Position numbers and translations under genes: made by a program. Shown piece by piece: positions 56,793-64,000 of a stretch of DNA of 64,000 bases; positions within the stretch are counted from its first letter, which is position 1, and each line of letters opens with the position of its first letter. The notes under the pieces were generated by a model that saw nothing but the letters and a program-made list of their open reading frames with translations, was not told where the DNA came from and made no database searches. This stretch comes from an uncultured Acidobacteriota bacterium (lineage in GTDB: Bacteria; Acidobacteriota; Terriglobia; Acidiferrales; UBA7541): assembly GCA_963813045.1 (NCBI GenBank), contig CAWEXR010000032.1, forward strand, positions 21,994 to 85,993. Reading direction: 5' to 3'.

Positions 56793-59700
56793 ATGAAGCG
56801 TTTGGCAAACTGGGTTTCGACCTGCCTCATCTTGATGTCCGCAGTCATTCTCGCCAGTTGCGGCGGTAGTTCTGGCGTGACGCTCTCTTTCCCGGGTGGG
56901 TCCGCTCTCGCAGTTGACCTGGGCCAGAGCATCACGATCAACGTCACCGCGGCGAATGACGGAGGCGAGGGTGTGACCTGGACATGCACGGGCGCTGCTT
57001 GCACGGCGCTGGCGAACGTAACGATTACCTCCGTGCAATTCAACGCCAGCGGGACGACGGGAACGGCGACGATCACGGCGACCTCGATCAAGAACACGAG
57101 CATCAGCAAGAGCGTCACCATCACCGTGAACGCCCAGCCCAACATCACCACCACGCAGGCGCTATTGACGGCGGCGCCAGCCACGGCCGGGGTCGCGTAC
57201 AGTTTCTCGTTCACTGCCACGGGCGGATCGGGAACGCTCACTTGGAGCGCCACGGGCCTCAGTGACGGCCTTTCGATCAACGCGAGCACGGGCGCCATCA
57301 CCGGCACGCCGACGTCGCAAAAGACGGTCTCGTTCACCGTCACCATAAAGGACTCGAGCTCCGCTGGCGCGGAGTCGCAGACAACCGGGACGCTTACGAT
57401 AACGGTCAACAATCCGCCAGCGCCCACGATTACGACAACGCAGGCGCAAGTGACGGCGGCGCCGGCAACGGCCGGGACCGCGTACGGCTTCACCTTCCAT
57501 GCCTCGGGTACAGGCACGCTCACTTGGAGCGCCACGGGACTCCCCGCTGACGGACTCTCGCTTGCAGCCGCTACGGGCATCGTCGCCGGCACGCCGACAT
57601 CACAAGCTTCGATCGTCGTCATGGTGACGGTAAGCGACACATTCGGCCAGTCTTCGGCTGCAACACCATTCACGATCACCGTCAACAATCCGCCTGCGCC
57701 AGCGATCACCACGACTCAGGCGCAAGTAACGTCGGCGGCTGCCACGGTTGGGACCGCGTACTCTTTCACCTTCCACGCCACGGGCTCAGGTACGCTCACA
57801 TGGAGCGCCACCAGCGGGCTTCCCGCCGATGGGCTGTCGCTCAACACATCCACGGGCGCTGTTTCCGGAACTCCGACAACCCACCAGGCAGTCCCCGTCA
57901 CTTTGACGGTGAGCGATACGTTTGGCCAAACATCGGCTCCAGCAGCTTTCATAATTACAGTGAACAATCCCGCGCCGCCTGTAATCACGACGACGCCTGC
58001 CCAGGTACCGTCCGCAACGGTCAACACCGCGTACAGCTTCACGCTCCTGGGAACGGGATATGGAACGCTCGTGTGGAGCACGACTCCCGCGCTGAGCGAC
58101 GGGCTTTCGCTCAACACGAGCACCGGAGCCATCACCGGCACGCCGACCACACCGACGACGTTGAATTTCAGCGTCACCCTGACGGACGGCCTCGGGCAGC
58201 AGACGACCGTGACTGGCTTCTCGATCTTGGTCAGCACGGAGAGCATCGTGTTCACTCCCTCGGCTCCCTCGAGCGTGACCGCGGGCGGTACTTTGAGCGT
58301 GAACGCCACGGTGTCGAATGATCCCGGCGCCGGAGGCGTGGACTGGACGGTCACCTGCACGGGAACTTGCGGCTCGTTCACCGCGGCCCACACCGTTAGC
58401 GGAACTGCGACAACCTTCGATGCGCCGGCCGTTCCCCCGACCGGTGGGACCGTGACGATCACCGCTACCGCGCACGACGCTCCGAATCCGTTCGTTTCGG
58501 CCGTCGTGACAATCACTCCGACGCCGCTCGCCATCGCCCCGACCTCGGCCACGTTGCCGAGCGGGACGGTGAGCACCGCCTATAGCGTAACGTTCTCGGC
58601 CAGCGGCGGCGTTCCTCCTTACACGTTTAGCCTGGATGGAACCTCCGCGGCGCTGCCCAGCCCCCTAGTGTTCAACGCCGGCCCGCCTGCAACGATCACA
58701 GGTACGCCGACCGCAACGAGCACCACGACCGGCATCATCATCGACGTTACGGATTCCGAAACCATCCCGGTCACGGTGAAAATGACGTATTCGCTCACCA
58801 TCAACGCGGTAAGCGCCGCCTGCGGGACAGGCAGCGAGTCCTTCTTGAAGGGCCAGTATGCGTACCAGTTGCAGGGGTTCGATACCAACGGGCCGATGGC
58901 GCGGGTCGGAAGCTTTACCGCCGACGGCACCGGAAAGGTTACCGCCGGCGAGGAAGACGACAACAACAGTACAACGGGTAAAACACCACCGCCGCTTTCC
59001 ATTACCACGGCAAGCAGCTCCTACTCCGTGGGGCTGGACACCAATGGCGGCTATCGTGGCTGCTTGACAATCGCCACTTCGGCGGCAACCTCCACCTACC
59101 GCTTCGCTTTGAACCAGATCACCTCGGGTGTGGCGTTCAGCGGGCGGATGATCGAGTTCGACGCGACCGGCACGCTCGCCTCCGGCGCAATGTACCAGCA
59201 AACCGCCTCGGCGTTCTCGAACACGCAGGTTACCGGCGACTACGCCTTCGGCGCATCTTCCACGCTGTCACTGACCCAGCAAAGCCGGTTCAGCGTCGCC
59301 GGAACTCTCAGCATATCGGGCACCACGATCAGCGCCGGTACCGAGGATTTCGATTCCGTCAACAATGGCACCGCTACAGTGGATGACGGGCTCGCTGGCC
59401 CCATCGCTTTCACGGGCACGCGCGGAACCCCCGATGGCAATGGCCGCACGACGTTCACGATAACGCCCACCGGAAGTAGTACCCTTGACTACGTATACTA
59501 CATCGTTAACACGGGAGCAGTATTCACGATGAGCAACGACGCGCAAAGCTCCAGCGCTCCTCTGGTTGCCGGGACGGCCATGCAGGAAACGGGAGGAGGG
59601 TCGTTCTCGAACTCGTCTTTGAGCGGCACCAGTGTCATCTATTTTACCGCGCTGGACGATAATGGGTCCGCACCGGTTTCCGATGTGCAAGTTGGACTGC

Positions 59701-60290
59701 TCAGCATCCCGAGCACGGGCAACTTCACGTTCAACGGCGACGAAAACGATGGCGGGACGATCAGCACCGGCAGCGCCTCGGGTACCTACAGCGTGGCGTC
59801 GAATGGCCGTGTGACGTTAACAACGGGCGGCGGCAATCATCCTCCCATTTTTTACCTTGTGAGTGCAGGCAAAGGATTCGCTATGGACACGAGCGACGAG
59901 GCTATGACAGGCTTCTTCACGCCGCAGTCGTCCCCCGGATCGTACTCGAATGCGTCCGCGAGCGGGGTCTTCGGCTTTGGCATCTTCTCGCCCGCGGAAC
60001 CAAATGTCGACTACAGCGCGGGCTGGGCCAGTTTCAACGGTTCGGGAACTGTCGCGGGAGAGACCGATGACGTCTCACTCGGCAACGGGCAGGATCCCAA
60101 CCAAACCTTCTCCCAGGATTATTCGGTGGCCTCAAACGGTCGGGGAACCGTCTATAACTCTGGACAAAGCAGCACGCCCGAACTCATTTTCTATATGGTG
60201 TCGTCGACGAAAGCCATCCTCATGGGGGCATATGGCGACTCGGGTAACCCGGTGACGAACCCGGCACTCACGGAGGCCGACCACCAGTAG
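56793..60290 (+). CDS. large surface lipoprotein (1166 aa) with two Big-like domains, five Ig-like (He_PIG-type) repeats and four copies of an unrecognised ~120-aa module
   Basis: The start is at MKRLANWVSTCLILMSAVILASCGG (lipobox LASC), residue 51 of ORF 56643..60290. The repeats contain TAYSFTFxATGxGTLTWSA..GLSLNxSTGAxxGTPT. Confidence 0.8.
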   Translation: MKRLANWVSTCLILMSAVILASCGGSSGVTLSFPGGSALAVDLGQSITINVTAANDGGEGVTWTCTGAACTALANVTITSVQFNASGTTGTATITATSIKNTSISKSVTITVNAQPNITTTQALLTAAPATAGVAYSFSFTATGGSGTLTWSATGLSDGLSINASTGAITGTPTSQKTVSFTVTIKDSSSAGAESQTTGTLTITVNNPPAPTITTTQAQVTAAPATAGTAYGFTFHASGTGTLTWSATGLPADGLSLAAATGIVAGTPTSQASIVVMVTVSDTFGQSSAATPFTITVNNPPAPAITTTQAQVTSAAATVGTAYSFTFHATGSGTLTWSATSGLPADGLSLNTSTGAVSGTPTTHQAVPVTLTVSDTFGQTSAPAAFIITVNNPAPPVITTTPAQVPSATVNTAYSFTLLGTGYGTLVWSTTPALSDGLSLNTSTGAITGTPTTPTTLNFSVTLTDGLGQQTTVTGFSILVSTESIVFTPSAPSSVTAGGTLSVNATVSNDPGAGGVDWTVTCTGTCGSFTAAHTVSGTATTFDAPAVPPTGGTVTITATAHDAPNPFVSAVVTITPTPLAIAPTSATLPSGTVSTAYSVTFSASGGVPPYTFSLDGTSAALPSPLVFNAGPPATITGTPTATSTTTGIIIDVTDSETIPVTVKMTYSLTINAVSAACGTGSESFLKGQYAYQLQGFDTNGPMARVGSFTADGTGKVTAGEEDDNNSTTGKTPPPLSITTASSSYSVGLDTNGGYRGCLTIATSAATSTYRFALNQITSGVAFSGRMIEFDATGTLASGAMYQQTASAFSNTQVTGDYAFGASSTLSLTQQSRFSVAGTLSISGTTISAGTEDFDSVNNGTATVDDGLAGPIAFTGTRGTPDGNGRTTFTITPTGSSTLDYVYYIVNTGAVFTMSNDAQSSSAPLVAGTAMQETGGGSFSNSSLSGTSVIYFTALDDNGSAPVSDVQVGLLSIPSTGNFTFNGDENDGGTISTGSASGTYSVASNGRVTLTTGGGNHPPIFYLVSAGKGFAMDTSDEAMTGFFTPQSSPGSYSNASASGVFGFGIFSPAEPNVDYSAGWASFNGSGTVAGETDDVSLGNGQDPNQTFSQDYSVASNGRGTVYNSGQSSTPELIFYMVSSTKAILMGAYGDSGNPVTNPALTEADHQ
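57141..58238 (+). repeat. four tandem ~260-285-nt coding repeats (Ig-like modules) inside the lipoprotein gene
   Basis: The protein repeats are 95, 92, 93 and 86 aa long. Each starts xITTT(Q/P)AxV, and the first three end TITVNNPPAP-like. The DNA is visibly similar between units 2 and 3. Confidence 0.75.
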
Positions 60291-60342
60291 CGCGGCCATC
60301 GGAGGACGTAACAGCAATAAAGCAGTCCGCGAAAGAGAGAAG

Positions 60343-60376
60343 GGCCGGCGCGGGTGGGTGCCGGCCTTTCTTGTTT
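60343..60376. terminator. intrinsic terminator between the convergent lipoprotein gene and the next minus-strand gene
   Basis: A 7-bp stem pairs GGCCGGC (60343-60349) with GCCGGCC (60360-60366). It is followed by tttcttgttt. Confidence 0.55.
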
Positions 60377-60415
60377 ATCCCCGTCGGCGGCGTGGCTTTC
60401 CTTACAACACCGGGC

Positions 60416-61377
60416 TTACTTGGCGGCATCCGTGCTTGGGCTTCGCGGCTCGTTTTGATCGCGGAACGGCAGCTTGAATTTCCGCGCGATCTCCGGCCAA
60501 AACTCGCGGAGCACGTCGAAACCGATGTCCTGGCCGACGGCGGAACCGACACCCTCCGCGGTCGGAGCGAAGCCGCGGCGGTGATCCGGGTGGTAGACGT
60601 TACCCAGCGCGATCGCGCTCGTCGTCCCCAGCCATTCGGAGTAGTTGGGTATCGCCGCGCCATCTTCACTGTGCGCGACTACCGCGTGCTCCACCGCATG
60701 GAGGAATCGGCGGCCGACGGAGCCGCTGCCCAGACGGTAGTAACGCGGGTCCTCCGAAAAGATCACCGGATACGCAAAGTCCTTGAAAAAGTCGGACTGG
60801 GCCTGATCGATGAGATTAAAGCCGACGCGCTTGCCGTAGCCCGCAGCACCTTGCCCGTAGGAAGGATCGTCGTTTTCCGCCTGGCTGATCCCCGAATTGA
60901 AGGCAGCGCTTAGAAACGTGACCGGGTCGATCGTGTCGTTGAGGAACAGAATGAATTTGTCTTTCACTTCGAGAGTGCAGAGCTTCGCCCCCGGCTTGTA
61001 GTTCGGCGGATGCACCGCCTTGCGTTCCAATCTCCGCCCGAACACGCCCACGGCTTTCTTGAATGGTCCGTCGTAATCCTGCCAGCTCACCAGCGGCGGC
61101 GGCTGAACGCAGTTGGACGTAGCGCTTTGCTGGGTTTGCTCCTGCGCGGGTGCAGCGCAGGCGCATTGGGCGTTTGTTGTGGCTGAGGGGGCGGCGACTC
61201 TTGCGCGCGCACCGCGACGCAACAGAACAGCGCGATCGGCAAACCGATTCCCGCCCAGGTGCGACCGATCGCGCAAGCGATGCGTTTCTTGCTCGCGCCT
61301 GTCTCTCCCAGGCCCCCGCCGGGGCCATCAGTCCGCGCGTCCGGACTCTTGCTCGTCAGATAGCCAATAGCTGGCAC
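60416..61377 (-). pseudogene. secreted hypothetical protein, apparent -1 frameshift between the signal peptide and the mature domain
   Basis: ORF 61087..61377 encodes a good signal peptide (KKRIACAIGRTWAGIGLPIALFCCVAVRAQE) and then runs into nonsense. ORF 60416..61276 encodes a well-composed domain (YDGPFKKAVGVF..EDPRYYRLGSGS..) but has no signal peptide. The C5 run (plus-strand ggggg, 61187-61191) is a candidate site. Confidence 0.5.
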
Positions 61378-61453
61378 TCTCCGCGAAATTGTACCAGCGC
61401 GCTGCCTGATGGGTTCGTGTTTCGACCGGCGGAGCAGTTCTTACAGAAGCGGC

Positions 61454-62059
61454 CTAGTGTTGGGCGGGCTGCGCTGTGTTGTTGGTCGAGGAAGTGGGAG
61501 CCGAACCGGCAGGCGGTGTGGATGATTGCGGTTGCGCCGGAGGGGCCGAACAGCACGTCGTCGCGGGCTTGTCACCCGATGGAGGCGAGCTTGGCTTCGC
61601 CATCGAGCAGCAGTTCGGCGTTATCGGCCTCGGAGCTGAGACGCCGGCGATCGGAGAGCCGAGACCCAGCTTTTGAAGCGTTGCGGCGTCGAGCTTGCCC
61701 GTGGGCCCGATGCCGTTGGCGGACTGGAATTTCTCCATCGCGGCGACAGTGTTGGAGTCCCATTTTCCGTTCGGGTCGCCCTGATAGTAGCCGCCGTGGG
61801 CGAGCGCGGACTGAATCTCCGAAATTCGGTCGGGGGCAGGGGCCTTCTGCGTGGGCGTGCGCTTCGAGTGGTGCTTTCCGCTTTTCTTGTGGCTGGTGTG
61901 CGTCGATGCCGGCGATTTGGAAGACGACGCGGAAGCCGATGAACTTGCCCGCTGCCCCGCGCCCGCCGAAGACGGCGCCGCAGACGAGATGGCCGCCGCG
62001 GACACCCACGCGAACGCGAGAGACACGGCAATAGCCAACGATTTGATCGGTGCTTTCAC
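61454..62059 (-). CDS. secreted peptidoglycan-binding (PG_binding_1) domain protein with Ser/Ala/Pro-rich linkers
   Basis: The signal peptide is MKAPIKSLAIAVSLAFAWVSAAA. The core is ISEIQSALAHGGYYQGDPNGKWDSNTVAAMEKFQSANGIGPTGKLDAATLQKL. Confidence 0.8.
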   Translation of the reverse strand: MKAPIKSLAIAVSLAFAWVSAAAISSAAPSSAGAGQRASSSASASSSKSPASTHTSHKKSGKHHSKRTPTQKAPAPDRISEIQSALAHGGYYQGDPNGKWDSNTVAAMEKFQSANGIGPTGKLDAATLQKLGLGSPIAGVSAPRPITPNCCSMAKPSSPPSGDKPATTCCSAPPAQPQSSTPPAGSAPTSSTNNTAQPAQH

Positions 62060-62218
62060 TTTTGTTGGACGCCCGGCTCTTTACTGCGACCGCCCCGTTC
62101 CGAGCGATCTTTCTATTATCGCGACTTGGGCTCGCGACTCAAGCAAGGCGCCCCGAGGCCGGACCTATCAGGCAACGCCGGCGGCGCTATGCCGGGGTCC
62201 CACTTGGACACGCCATTG

Positions 62219-63772
<1,554 letters not shown>

Positions 63773-63807
63773 CCTCGTACTCCTTTTCGCGGCCGCAGGT
63801 TATGGGT

Positions 63808-63816
63808 GATTATAGC
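63808..63816 (-). promoter_or_regulatory. candidate extended -10 promoter (TGcTATAAT) for htrA
   Basis: The minus strand reads gTGcTATAAT. The plus strand has attata at 63808-63813 and ca at 63815-63816. This is about 36 nt upstream of the ATG, which is preceded by aaaaggag. Confidence 0.4.
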
Positions 63817-64000
63817 ACCCCCTCGAATCCTGCAAAGTTCGGACCCGGCATCCGGTTGCCTTTGTTGCCAAGACAGAGGCGCCAAGGCGCACGGCGTTGG
63901 ATGCCGCGACCGGCGCCGGGGTTCTCCGGCGCTCTCGGGCCGGTGGAGTTTGCCAAAGCCGGGACTCGCAGGTAGAGTGGTCAGCGCTTTGAAGGAACTT

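Noticed and set aside
57141-58238. Tandem ~280-nt DNA repeats, considered as a CRISPR-like or mobile repeat array.
   Set aside because: They are in-frame coding repeats of Ig-like modules inside one long ORF. There are no short conserved direct repeats with unique spacers.

Overview
This is a visibly GC-rich, densely coding bacterial chromosomal segment. GC content was not computed. The gene content (shc, a DUF1800/DUF1501 pair, many secreted Ig-repeat and LiaF-like proteins) suggests Acidobacteriota, but this is inference only. I can support about 55 protein-coding genes. They are mostly envelope and housekeeping functions. These include hopanoid and lipid A genes (shc, lpxD, an LpxL-family acyltransferase, an ArnT-like GT39), nrdR, an ECF sigma/anti-sigma stress module, aroA and an H+-pyrophosphatase. 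There is also a MurNAc/peptidoglycan-recycling cluster (BadF-type kinase, NagZ fused to a beta-lactamase-fold domain, murQ, murA). Further genes are pnp-rpsO, folE with two PTPS paralogs and a GT2, a copper P-type ATPase, galU, tsaD, an M13 peptidase, an aldehyde dehydrogenase, a 1166-aa Ig-repeat lipoprotein and htrA. I saw no rRNA, tRNA, CRISPR array, transposase, integrase or phage genes, and no recognisable defence system. Five genes are interrupted by apparent single-nucleotide frameshifts, several at short homopolymers. That pattern looks more like assembly error than biology. The best candidates for undescribed biology are modest. They are a translationally coupled GT2-PTPS-PTPS-FolE operon, a five-gene ECF/B-box/LiaF-like module, a small-protein/DUF1800/DUF1501 operon, a J-domain protein coupled to a degenerate beta-propeller, and a cytoplasmic NagZ/serine-hydrolase fusion. 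All calls rest on reading the translated ORFs and the DNA by eye. No database search or computation was run.
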